Source: Promethearchaeota archaeon Loki_b31 (GTDB lineage Archaea > Asgardarchaeota > Lokiarchaeia > Sigyniarchaeales > SOKP01). From it: a DNA stretch of 44,153 nucleotides. Below are positions 19,281-28,559 of this stretch, piece by piece. The stretch spans positions 1 through 44,153 of the forward strand of contig NJBI01000028.1 in assembly GCA_005222975.1 (NCBI GenBank), in the 5' to 3' direction. How positions within the stretch are numbered: position 1 is the stretch's first letter; each line of letters starts with the position of its first letter. The translations under genes were made by a program, and so were the position numbers. The notes beneath the pieces are model-generated. The model did not search any database. It was not told the DNA's origin and worked only from the letters and a program-made list of their open reading frames with translations.

Positions 19281-20870
19281 TTACTTTCCTCGCTTTTCTA
19301 ATTCGTTTCTATTTGGAGATATATAAAATCCTGAATCAGCAATGTTATTCGGATCAAATTCTTCTTTAATCTTTCTTAACCAAATATGATAATTCATCAT
19401 ATATGGTCCAAAAAAATCATGGTTTTTATCTCCTTCCACGAAGAATGGAGCACCAAGGTGTTTGAGCAAATCTAATTCATTACTCTTTTCCATGTATTCT
19501 GCCATTCCTTCAACGCTATTCTTATTTGTTTGATCAAACATTGTAGGCGATTCCATATGGAAAAAATGTCCTGATTCATAAGAACTCATCCATGTACCTT
19601 CCCCAAAGTCATTTGCAATTACTCCCTTTTTTATGTATTTCTTCTTTAAACGTATATTTGACTTTGTGCTTCGAAGACACATTGCTGCGGTATCACAACC
19701 TCCTTTTGTGCTCTGAAAACCCCCTGTTGTTATGAATCCGTGAAGTCCTAAGTTAGACCGTAAGGCTTCTGCGTAAAAAATCGATTCGGGAATATATTTC
19801 GTTCCAATTATGTTAGTTAATTTTAATTCTTCTAATAGCATTTTCAAGACTTTTTGCTTATAATCAAATTCACGTTTAGTTCGAGCAGCTATTAAAATAA
19901 CTATTGGAACTTTCATGATACCAATTGATGATTTGTCCATGAGATTATCAATTGAATTTGCAAAAATAGCCATGGTAGCGAACCCAGATAAATGGCTACA
20001 AATAAACGAGATTTCTTCTTCTTCCACTCGTAAAAAAACTTTTTCCAAATATTTATAACTTCCACAATCTATGATATAAAGTCTCATGAAATCTGGAACA
20101 TCAAAATTATAGTTGGGAGAATTTCCTGTCACATTAAATTTTGTATTACATGGGTATGGAAATAATTTTACTGCTACTTGGGTAAATATACCAATTCCTG
20201 ATTTTGCTCCTGCCCATCCACGCATAATTCCTCTTAAACTAGGACCTGGTCCATCCCCATTATACCAATCAGGATTATTTTTTAAACCTAAAGACCCTAA
20301 TCGTAATATATCTCCTGTTGGGAGCACCCATTCAACCGCTAAAACATTTCTTGCACTATGACCTGTGGAGGGAGATGTAAAACCTGGACCATTCATAGAA
20401 GTAGCGCTAGCAAGAGGGGATACCTGTGGTCCTGCTCCAGGCATATGACAATTTAAACCGTATTTCATTATTTCTGTTTGCAATTGAGCTCCACTTACAT
20501 AAGATTCAATTACAGCATAAAGATTTTTTTCGTCGATCTTAACAATATTATTCATTCTTCGGAGATCAACTATTATACTATTATCGGTAGATGGCTGATT
20601 CCATGGACCCAAACCGGTGCTTTGAGCTTTAAATGTTATACCATACTTATTACATAACTTCACAATCTTTTGTACTTCTTCTGTATTAGCTGGAAGAATA
20701 ACGGCTTTAGGAGTGTCAGAAAAAGGAGAGGGCTCCTTTCCTTCCATAAAATTAAAAATTTCCGTGCACCAATTATAAGCATATACGTTTGTTATTACTT
20801 CACCGTCATTGACATTGTCTGAACCAACGATGGATTCAAATTGGTTGAGAATTTCTTTTTTTAAGACCAT
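19281..20870 (-). CDS. FAD-binding oxidoreductase (VAO/PCMH, GlcD-like)
   Basis: PKAVILPANTEEVQKIVKLCN, VDLRRMN, VEWVLPTGDIL, KIKEEFDPNNI. Confidence 0.9.
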   Translation of the reverse strand: MVLKKEILNQFESIVGSDNVNDGEVITNVYAYNWCTEIFNFMEGKEPSPFSDTPKAVILPANTEEVQKIVKLCNKYGITFKAQSTGLGPWNQPSTDNSIIVDLRRMNNIVKIDEKNLYAVIESYVSGAQLQTEIMKYGLNCHMPGAGPQVSPLASATSMNGPGFTSPSTGHSARNVLAVEWVLPTGDILRLGSLGLKNNPDWYNGDGPGPSLRGIMRGWAGAKSGIGIFTQVAVKLFPYPCNTKFNVTGNSPNYNFDVPDFMRLYIIDCGSYKYLEKVFLRVEEEEISFICSHLSGFATMAIFANSIDNLMDKSSIGIMKVPIVILIAARTKREFDYKQKVLKMLLEELKLTNIIGTKYIPESIFYAEALRSNLGLHGFITTGGFQSTKGGCDTAAMCLRSTKSNIRLKKKYIKKGVIANDFGEGTWMSSYESGHFFHMESPTMFDQTNKNSVEGMAEYMEKSNELDLLKHLGAPFFVEGDKNHDFFGPYMMNYHIWLRKIKEEFDPNNIADSGFYISPNRNELEKRGK

Positions 20871-22190
20871 TTAAGCAACCTCCGGTTTTATATCTTTTAA
20901 AATGTCCAGTTTTAATCCTAAAGCCATTATTAATAATTCATTGATATCATAAAATTTTAAGCTTGAACCAGATTCTTCAATTCCATCTTGCAAATTAGTA
21001 GAACAAAAGGGACAAGCAGAAGTTAAAGTGTCTGCTCCAGTATCTTCAGCCTCTATAATTCTTGTTCTTGCCGTTTTAATAGCAAATTCTGGAAACGCTG
21101 ATTTTACTCCTGCTCCAGCCCCACAACAATAAGAATATTCTCGTATTCTTTCCATTTCAACAAATTTTAATCCAGGGATTTTCTTTAAGATATTTCTAGG
21201 TGGTTCATAAATCCCTTTTGATCCAGTTCTTTTTGGTTTAGGGGGGACATTAATAGATATTAAGGGCATTAATTCGACAACGTCACCCCCCCATTCTTCA
21301 TATCGTTCTGCATTTCTTCCTAAATGGCAAGGATCGTGATAGGTGACGGTTAATGGTACTTCATGTGTTAATTTTATTTGACCATTATCAATTAATTCAT
21401 TAAAAAATTCTACAGTATGAAGTACTCGAAATTTATACGCCTTATATAACGGATAATCTACTTTGAATGTGTCATAACATCCAGCACAAGAAAAAATAAC
21501 GGTTTCAATTCCCATAGATTCAATAATATCGATGTTTTTATTGAGGAAATCCTCGAATGTCTTAGTATCGCCAGTCCTTAATACTGGACTTCCGCAACAG
21601 AACTCTTTATCAGTTAGTATGTTAAATGGAACGCCAGCAGCATTCATTATGCGAGCGGCAGCAATTGCCATTTCTCTTCTTCTATAAGAGGAAGTACATC
21701 CAACATAATACAAAATTTTTGCTTCCGAATCGATTCTAACATTATTAGGCAACCAATCTAATCTATTTTTGTGAGGTTCACTGTATGGATTATTATTAGT
21801 TTTAACAGATTCAATATATCGTTGTTGTTCTGGCATAGGTCCATACCCAGCATCCACCAATTTCTCTCTAAGCTTCATTATTATTTCTAACGGTTCCAAA
21901 GTGTTTAAAAATTTACAAGATACATCGCATGAGCCGCATGCAGTACATTTATAAACAATATCTCTAAGTTCTTCTGAGAATTTAATTCTGCCTGTTTCTA
22001 ATGCTAGTGCCAAAATGATCTTACCTCCTCCACTATACGGATGAAAATTATACATATCTATAGCAGGACAGGCTGTTGCATATTTCTGACTTTTAATTTG
22101 AAGTTGCGGTATCCATTTACAAATAGAACAGCGTAAACATCGTTTTATCATCTGTTGATATTCATCTTCGTTCATAACTATAATCTCCAT
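20871..22190 (-). CDS. Fe-S oxidoreductase with 4Fe-4S and two CCG domains (GlpC/GlcF/HdrD-like)
   Basis: CLRCSIC, CTACGSCDVSC, YYVGC, FCCGSP, TYHDPCHLGR, CCGAGAG, SACPFC. Confidence 0.92.
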   Translation of the reverse strand: MEIIVMNEDEYQQMIKRCLRCSICKWIPQLQIKSQKYATACPAIDMYNFHPYSGGGKIILALALETGRIKFSEELRDIVYKCTACGSCDVSCKFLNTLEPLEIIMKLREKLVDAGYGPMPEQQRYIESVKTNNNPYSEPHKNRLDWLPNNVRIDSEAKILYYVGCTSSYRRREMAIAAARIMNAAGVPFNILTDKEFCCGSPVLRTGDTKTFEDFLNKNIDIIESMGIETVIFSCAGCYDTFKVDYPLYKAYKFRVLHTVEFFNELIDNGQIKLTHEVPLTVTYHDPCHLGRNAERYEEWGGDVVELMPLISINVPPKPKRTGSKGIYEPPRNILKKIPGLKFVEMERIREYSYCCGAGAGVKSAFPEFAIKTARTRIIEAEDTGADTLTSACPFCSTNLQDGIEESGSSLKFYDINELLIMALGLKLDILKDIKPEVA

Positions 22191-22225
22191 TACTATTATT
22201 TTTTTTTAATAAATCTTGAATTGAA

Positions 22226-23692
22226 TTAATCAAAACATAATACTCCTGGATTCAGAACATTATTTGGATCAAAAATCTTTTTTACTTTTTTTAGAGCCAT
22301 TATAATTGAGTCGTCTAGACTTTTATACACATCTTCTGCCCAATCACCATAGGGTCGATTGAAAAAAGCACCTAAGCCTATCAAATCTTTACTGGTATCT
22401 ATAAATAATTCTTTAAGACGCTTTATTCCCATATCATCTTGAGGATCATAAAAAAGATCAAACTCACAGTGATAAGAAGTACCTTGATTTATAGGCTGAA
22501 TATAAATTCCTAAATTTTTAGAAATCTTAGTTTCAACTAAAGAAATAAACTCTGAAATTCTCTCAAAACTAGTTAAAAAGAAAATTTCTTGATAACTACC
22601 TTTTAACTTCATTTTCCAAGGCTTTAAAGTGGGTTCACTTAAGACTCTAATAATTTCTTGATCTTCAATATTATTTTTACTCATTAAATTACTAAGATTT
22701 AGTTTATTTTTTATCTCGTTAATATCTCCTTCAAGGTAAGAGATTTTTTCATTCGCTAGCATACCTCTTCCAGTTATTATAAATATTAAATTCCATTTCT
22801 TTAACGAGTTTGAGAGTTCATATATGTCTTGTTCAGTGTTTTTAATAAGACAGGCTAAATTAAGGTTATTTAAAATTAATAACTCGTCACACAATCGATT
22901 TTTTAATAATTCGAATTGAAAATCTAATAGCTCTTGAATGTTCTGAGATTGAAGATGGAAAACCTTTTGAATAGAAGGTAGTAATTCAAGCTTTATTGTA
23001 GCCCAAGTTACAACACCTAGACTCCCCTGGGCTCCTTGAATTACTCTAAATGGACTGAATTGGGTCGGTCCCATGGGGTTAATTTGATTTTGTCCTGACC
23101 TTTTCTGTTGCTTTAACGTTCCAGGCCCCGCAGCTGTGCCAGTTCGAAACAAATCTCCCGTTCCGAAAATCACTTCTGTACATAATAAAGGATCGGAACT
23201 GTCCCAATGATATCTTGGTATTGTTATTGGTTCTCTTTCGAGTGCTGATGATAGCACTGACTTATTAGATGTGGGATGTAAAGGGATAAGCAACCTAACG
23301 CCTTTTTTTTTAAGTTTTGGTATTAGATCCTCGAAAGTAACTCCAGGTTCAACCATTACTACGCGATTTTTTCTACTTATAGAAAGGACTTTATTCATTT
23401 TAGAGAGGTTTAGTATTATGCTATTATTTTTTTTAGGGATAGTATCTCCATGATGTCTGTATCTAGAACTAGAACTTACAGGAATAACTGAAAAGTTAGA
23501 ATTATTTGCTAATTTCAAAATCGCTTCTACATGATGTGCTTTTGAAGGCCAAACAATAAGATTGGGGCGTTTGCCGCTAATAAAACTCATGTCCTCAGAG
23601 TATTCTTCTAATTCTTTCGTATCATTAGAAACATTTTTAGAACCGGAAATTTTAGCTAGTTTATTATACAATATATCTTTAGTCATACCCAT
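22226..23692 (-). CDS. FAD-binding oxidoreductase (VAO/PCMH family), second paralog
   Basis: LNLSKMNKV, VEPGVT, GAQGSLGVVT, KVKKIFDPNNVLNPG; GAGG upstream of ATG. Confidence 0.9.
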   Translation of the reverse strand: MGMTKDILYNKLAKISGSKNVSNDTKELEEYSEDMSFISGKRPNLIVWPSKAHHVEAILKLANNSNFSVIPVSSSSRYRHHGDTIPKKNNSIILNLSKMNKVLSISRKNRVVMVEPGVTFEDLIPKLKKKGVRLLIPLHPTSNKSVLSSALEREPITIPRYHWDSSDPLLCTEVIFGTGDLFRTGTAAGPGTLKQQKRSGQNQINPMGPTQFSPFRVIQGAQGSLGVVTWATIKLELLPSIQKVFHLQSQNIQELLDFQFELLKNRLCDELLILNNLNLACLIKNTEQDIYELSNSLKKWNLIFIITGRGMLANEKISYLEGDINEIKNKLNLSNLMSKNNIEDQEIIRVLSEPTLKPWKMKLKGSYQEIFFLTSFERISEFISLVETKISKNLGIYIQPINQGTSYHCEFDLFYDPQDDMGIKRLKELFIDTSKDLIGLGAFFNRPYGDWAEDVYKSLDDSIIMALKKVKKIFDPNNVLNPGVLCFD

Positions 23693-23920
23693 TTAATTCC
23701 TCATTAAACAATTACTCAATGCAATAATTTACCTAATAAAGATGTTTGGTTTCAAAACAACCAAGATAATTTTCAATTATCAAATTTATACCAAAAGGAT
23801 TGCTAATTTTAAGGCATGTTAGAATAAATTATAGATTTTTTAAACAATATTATTTTTATTTTATTAAGATATTTCTATATTAAGAACTATACGCATACTA
23901 GATTTCGAGATAGCTTTAAA

Positions 23921-24118
23921 ATGAAATGTCCAGATTGTAATAAAGAATATTCTGATCCTAATCAGCAGATCTGTGAATATTGTGGAACTGAATTAAGTAG
24001 AACTGAGCAAATATCACCAAAAGTATCACCAACAAAAACTAAGTTGGAAAAATTTATAAAAGATTCAGGGCTTAAAGAGATTTATAAAAAGATAAAGGAT
24101 AGTTTAAAGAACGTATAA
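23921..24118 (+). CDS. Small zinc-ribbon protein
   Basis: MKCPDC...ICEYCG, 65 aa. Confidence 0.7.
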   Translation: MKCPDCNKEYSDPNQQICEYCGTELSRTEQISPKVSPTKTKLEKFIKDSGLKEIYKKIKDSLKNV

Positions 24119-24165
24119 ATTTAATCTTATTTAGAATTAACAAAACATTATAAAAGTTTTAAAAA

Positions 24166-25002
24166 ATGACAATAAAATTTACTTGGCTTGGAACTGCAAG
24201 CTATATTTTAGATTTAGATGGAACAAGATTATTATTTGATCCTTTTTTTTATCGTAACTCCCAAGCAACACCAAAGTTAAAGACTAAAAAAGAACAGATA
24301 ACAAATATAGATGCTATATTTATCTCACATGGGCATTTTGATCATGTAACTGACGCAGGATGGTTTGCAGAAAATCTAAATGTTCCTGTTTATTGTTCTG
24401 AAGTTGCTAAAGAAAATATGATTAATTGGGCTGAAGGTAAAATACTTGAAGACGAATCCTATCCAATTTCAAATAATGGTAAGGATAACATAAAACCTTG
24501 CGAATATTTTGATAAAATCCAAGTTTCAGAAAAAATTGAAGTCGAGTTGATAAAATCAGAACACATTAAATTCGATTTTAATACAATCGCAAGTAGGTTA
24601 TTTTCGTGGAAAGTCTGGAAACAAATTGGGAAAATATCTAAATATGGAAAGAGATTCCCCATGGGAAATGTATTTGGATTTTGTACTCATTATAACGGAA
24701 GAAATATAGTTGCATTTGGAAGTTTGTGGCATGAATACGAAGATATTTTAAAGAAATATGAGAATTGCGATGTATTTATCGCCCCTCTCGCAGGGAATAG
24801 CAAAAAAAACATTGCCAAGAAAGGAGGAAAAATGGTTGATATACTTAAACCTAAAATAGTTATCCCAGTTCATTGGGACAATTTTTTCCCTCCAATCAGC
24901 CGAACAGAAGATTTAGGTCCATTTTTTAAATATATGGAAATAAACCATCCAAACATTGAAATTATTGTTCCTGAAATTGATAACGAGATTAAAATGATTT
25001 AA
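24166..25002 (+). CDS. MBL-fold metallo-hydrolase (UlaG-like)
   Basis: FTWLGTAS, LLFDPF, ISHGHFDH, VIPVHWDNF. Confidence 0.92.
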   Translation: MTIKFTWLGTASYILDLDGTRLLFDPFFYRNSQATPKLKTKKEQITNIDAIFISHGHFDHVTDAGWFAENLNVPVYCSEVAKENMINWAEGKILEDESYPISNNGKDNIKPCEYFDKIQVSEKIEVELIKSEHIKFDFNTIASRLFSWKVWKQIGKISKYGKRFPMGNVFGFCTHYNGRNIVAFGSLWHEYEDILKKYENCDVFIAPLAGNSKKNIAKKGGKMVDILKPKIVIPVHWDNFFPPISRTEDLGPFFKYMEINHPNIEIIVPEIDNEIKMI

Positions 25003-25007
25003 AGCAA

Positions 25008-26255
25008 TTATAATTCTAAAATTTCTGATATTTTTTTACCTTCTTCAAAAATTTCATTGGCTTTTTCCATAATATCGGGAATATCTATTTGTTGCGGACA
25101 TTTGTCAATACATTCCCCACATTTTGTGCATAAACAAGCAGCTCCATCGAATTCTTCACCTTCAGATTTTCGTTTTTCAATATCCTCTTGTGTTTTTGCC
25201 ATCCTATTATAGAAAAAAGCAATTCTAGGTTTACCTTTTTCCCCCCAATATGCGAGATCATTTACTATTCTAAGGACAAATGGGATTGAAACACCATTGG
25301 GACAGGGTATACAATATCCACAGCTCGTGCAGGATACCACTATATCTTTACTATACGCTTCGCGCAATTTTGAAATTGTCAGCAACTCGTCTTCAGATAG
25401 AGTATTGACACCTGAATTATTTGCAGATTCCAGATTCTCCTCAACATGCTGCATAGTACTCATCCCGCTTAATACAACTGAAACTTCTGGGTGGTTCCAT
25501 ACAAACTTTAGTGCCCAATCTGGCATGCTCCTCTTAATTTTTGAATTATCAAGAACCATCTTAATTTCTGGCTTTGAATCTAATTTTTCCTCTGGAATAG
25601 CTAATTGCCCGCCTCGGATTGGCTCCATAATGATTACTGCGATATTTTTGCTACCAGCATATTTTAACCCTTCAGTACCAGCTTGGTAATTGATATCAAG
25701 ATAGTTAAACTGTATCTGACAACAATCCCAGTGATAAAAATCAATTATCTCTTTAAAGACTTCACTATTATCGTGAAACGAGAATCCTATGTATTTAAAT
25801 AACCCTTTAGCTTTAGCTTGTTCCATTTTTTCGATTAAGTTAAGACTTTTAATCTTTTCCAACCGTTGCTTGTTTAGTCCGTGGAATAAGTAGATATCGG
25901 GATTAACTTGTAATCTTTCAATCTGTTGTTTGAGAAATAAGTCAAAATCCTCTGTTTTTTTAACCATCCACATTGGTAATTTCGTAGTGAGGTGAACTTT
26001 TTCGCGATATCCGTCTTTTAACGCTTTTCCTACAAGCACTTCGCTTTCACCATCGTGGTAGGGATAAGCAGTGTCAATGTAATTTACTCCGTTATCGATT
26101 GCATAACGAATCATCTTAATTGCTTCGTCTTTATCAATTTTAGACTTCAATTCTTGCGTTTTTTCATCCTTCACCTGATTAACTGGCAATCGCATCGCCC
26201 CGAAACCTAAAGCAGACACTTCCCAACCCAGAGAACCCATTTTTCTATACTTCAT
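25008..26255 (-). CDS. Aldo/keto reductase with C-terminal 4Fe-4S dicluster
   Basis: VSALGFGAMRLP, NYIDTAYPYH, IGFSFH, VLSGMS; CTSCGYCIPCP and CTKCGECIDKCPQ. Confidence 0.95.
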   Translation of the reverse strand: MKYRKMGSLGWEVSALGFGAMRLPVNQVKDEKTQELKSKIDKDEAIKMIRYAIDNGVNYIDTAYPYHDGESEVLVGKALKDGYREKVHLTTKLPMWMVKKTEDFDLFLKQQIERLQVNPDIYLFHGLNKQRLEKIKSLNLIEKMEQAKAKGLFKYIGFSFHDNSEVFKEIIDFYHWDCCQIQFNYLDINYQAGTEGLKYAGSKNIAVIIMEPIRGGQLAIPEEKLDSKPEIKMVLDNSKIKRSMPDWALKFVWNHPEVSVVLSGMSTMQHVEENLESANNSGVNTLSEDELLTISKLREAYSKDIVVSCTSCGYCIPCPNGVSIPFVLRIVNDLAYWGEKGKPRIAFFYNRMAKTQEDIEKRKSEGEEFDGAACLCTKCGECIDKCPQQIDIPDIMEKANEIFEEGKKISEILEL

Positions 26256-26477
26256 AATAACCTTAACAAATATTCCTTTTATTAGTAGGTTGGTTAAGAA
26301 ATATTAATTTTTCGTTTAAATTACATAATAAACTAGAACAAGGTTCTTTTCAAGAAATCAACTTATAATTTTTATATAAAGGTATAGTGTTGAAATAAAT
26401 TAATAGAACTTTTATGACTTTTATTATTAAGCTTTTTTTTAATATTGATTTGAATAAATATTAATTCAACCAATTTA

Positions 26478-26666
26478 TTATTCCAAAACTTCTTCTTCCG
26501 TTTGACTTTTTTCCCAATCTTCTTTTGTTGTCTCTCTGGAGGTATCTTTGGCTCCACAAACTTCACAATATTCTCTGGTCATACTAGACAGCGAACCACA
26601 CTTGGTACAAATAGCTGGAAAAGATTTTCTGAAAACTTTCCATTTAAGTTGCATCTTTTCTCTCAC
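26478..26666 (-). CDS. Small zinc-ribbon protein
   Basis: CTKCG-x9-CEVCG with acidic tail; start GTG 26666 or ATG 26654. Confidence 0.65.
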   Translation of the reverse strand: MREKMQLKWKVFRKSFPAICTKCGSLSSMTREYCEVCGAKDTSRETTKEDWEKSQTEEEVLE

Positions 26667-26847
26667 TTCTTATATCTATTTTTTTTTATTGTTTAAAACT
26701 AAATTACTAACTTTGTATTAAAATTCATTATTTATATTATTTCTTTTTATTAATGTTCAAAATATTGATTTATAATTTTTAATAATTTTTAATAATTTTT
26801 AAATTAAAAAGTAAAAATAATTTAATTATTATTTGTTTGCAATAAAT

Positions 26848-27629
26848 TTAGTCTCTAAAACCGTAATAAACATTGATAAGAAGTAATAAAGCTTCCCTCA
26901 GTGAAACTGTAAACAATGTTAAAATTTGGAATTTATAATCCAAATCAAATGTAAAAAGCAATAAGGAAGTAATAACAGTTGTTAAGGTTAATAGTGAAAG
27001 AAAATTACTACTCTTTTGTTTCAACCAGGTTGGCTCTTGGTCAATGAGTTTTTCAATTATTTCGTATTTTGAAAGAGATTGATAATTCTCTATTTCTTCT
27101 ATTTGTTTTTTAAGTCGCTTTTTCTCTCTGGATACGCTAATATTTCTAAAAAATGCACCCACTATATATGAACTAATTATTATTAAAATATCAAGCAATG
27201 TATTGGTTGATTCAAAGCTAACATTAGGACCAAAATAATTAATGATGATAATTGTTGATAAAATAATTACTAATGAGATCCTAACCGTAAATTTCGGTAA
27301 ATATAGGGGATGTTTTGGGGTTCTTCTTCTTGATCAAGTAATTTTGGGGTTTTTACATATTTAACAATACGCTTCAGTTTTTCTTTTCCACTTTTTCTTG
27401 TCTGAAAATAAAAAGCCATTAAAATAAAAATCGCGTTTGTTATCATACTGGGAATTTCTTGACTTAAAAACAAATAATTGAAAGGAATAGTGACAATTAG
27501 TAAGGTATTTAGAGCTCTAATTGTTCCTCGTGGCATGCCAAGAGGCTCTCCTTTAATCTTGCCCTCTTTGCCACATCGTTTTATAATCACCCAAATAATT
27601 AAGATTATACCTAAAATCCAAGTAATCAT
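26848..27629 (-). pseudogene. Membrane protein with internal repeat, split by a 1-nt frameshift near 27313-27320
   Basis: After EEEP the alternative frame reads KHPLYLPKFTVRISLVIILSTIIIINYFGPNVSFESTNTLLDIL and runs into ORF 26848-27198; HPLYLPKFTVR repeats EPLGMPRGTIR of the upstream ORF. Confidence 0.8.
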
Positions 27630-27805
27630 AATAAGAATAAATAATTTCTATTGAATATAATTCTATTTTTAAATTACTTTTTTTGAATTTTAATTTATAT
27701 AATAAATTGAAAAACTCTTAAAATTTAACTATTAGAAAGCCTCTACTGCTTATTTTTTAAAATCGATACCTTTAAATAGGTCAATTAATATAAGTATATT
27801 AATGA

Positions 27806-27826
27806 TTGTCAATCGATTATTGACAA
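27806..27826. promoter_or_regulatory. Inverted repeat upstream of grpE, candidate heat-shock repressor operator
   Basis: TTGTCAAT-CGATT-ATTGACAA, about 28 bp downstream of TATA-like TTTAAATA (27771-27778). Confidence 0.55.
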
Positions 27827-27860
27827 AGAAAGATTGTTTACAAAACTAAGAGATAAAAAT

Positions 27861-28523
27861 ATGGTATTTGAAGATTATTACGATGGATATTTTAACGCTC
27901 GAAGGTCGTTAGAGGACCCATATAGCAAAGTTTCGATCCCAAAAGAGAAATATAAAAAACTTATGGAGATCGCAGAAAAATACGAAATATTACTAAGAAA
28001 ATTTGATCATGAAAAAGCGAAAAAAACTGAGTTACATAAGCAGCTTGAAAACTTAAAAGAAGATGGAAGGCAATTAAAGGATTTAGAAGAGAAAACTGAG
28101 AAATACTTAAATTCATTGATACGAGTTCAAGCAGATTTTGAGAATTATAAAAAGGCAAATTATCGAGAGAACGAACGGTACAGGCTTCGAGTAAAAGAGG
28201 AAATGCTGAAAAAGTTAATTAGGCACTACGAAGATTTACATAGGGCGTTGAAAGTATTGGATTCGTTAAAAAAGGGAGAATCAGTAAAAAAAGGTTTTAA
28301 AATGATTGTTGAGAATTTTGAAAAATTTTTAGAAGATGAAGGGGTGAAACCTATGCATTCAGAAGGCGAGAAATTTGACCCTTACAAACACGAAGCCCTA
28401 TTAGTGGAAGAGAATGAAAATCACCCTGAAAATATTATTTTAGAAGAGATAGATAAAGGTTATTATTTAAATAACAAGGTATTGAAACCCGCTGGGGTTA
28501 AAATATCAAAATCAAAATTATAA
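27861..28523 (+). CDS. grpE: Nucleotide exchange factor GrpE
   Basis: RVQADFENYKK, GEKFDPYKHEAL, KGYYLNNKVLKPAGVKIS; ATG 27861 preferred. Confidence 0.95.
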   Translation: MVFEDYYDGYFNARRSLEDPYSKVSIPKEKYKKLMEIAEKYEILLRKFDHEKAKKTELHKQLENLKEDGRQLKDLEEKTEKYLNSLIRVQADFENYKKANYRENERYRLRVKEEMLKKLIRHYEDLHRALKVLDSLKKGESVKKGFKMIVENFEKFLEDEGVKPMHSEGEKFDPYKHEALLVEENENHPENIILEEIDKGYYLNNKVLKPAGVKISKSKL

Positions 28524-28559
28524 AATTAAAAAAAAATTAAAAAAAAGATGTGAAAAAAA

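Noticed and set aside
26372-26696. ORFs 26372-26566 and 26502-26696
   Set aside because: They overlap the better-supported CxxC ORF 26478-26666 in other frames.
26771-26800. Three near-identical copies of AATAATTTTT
   Set aside because: Low-complexity AT tract; no spacers, so not a CRISPR array or iteron set.
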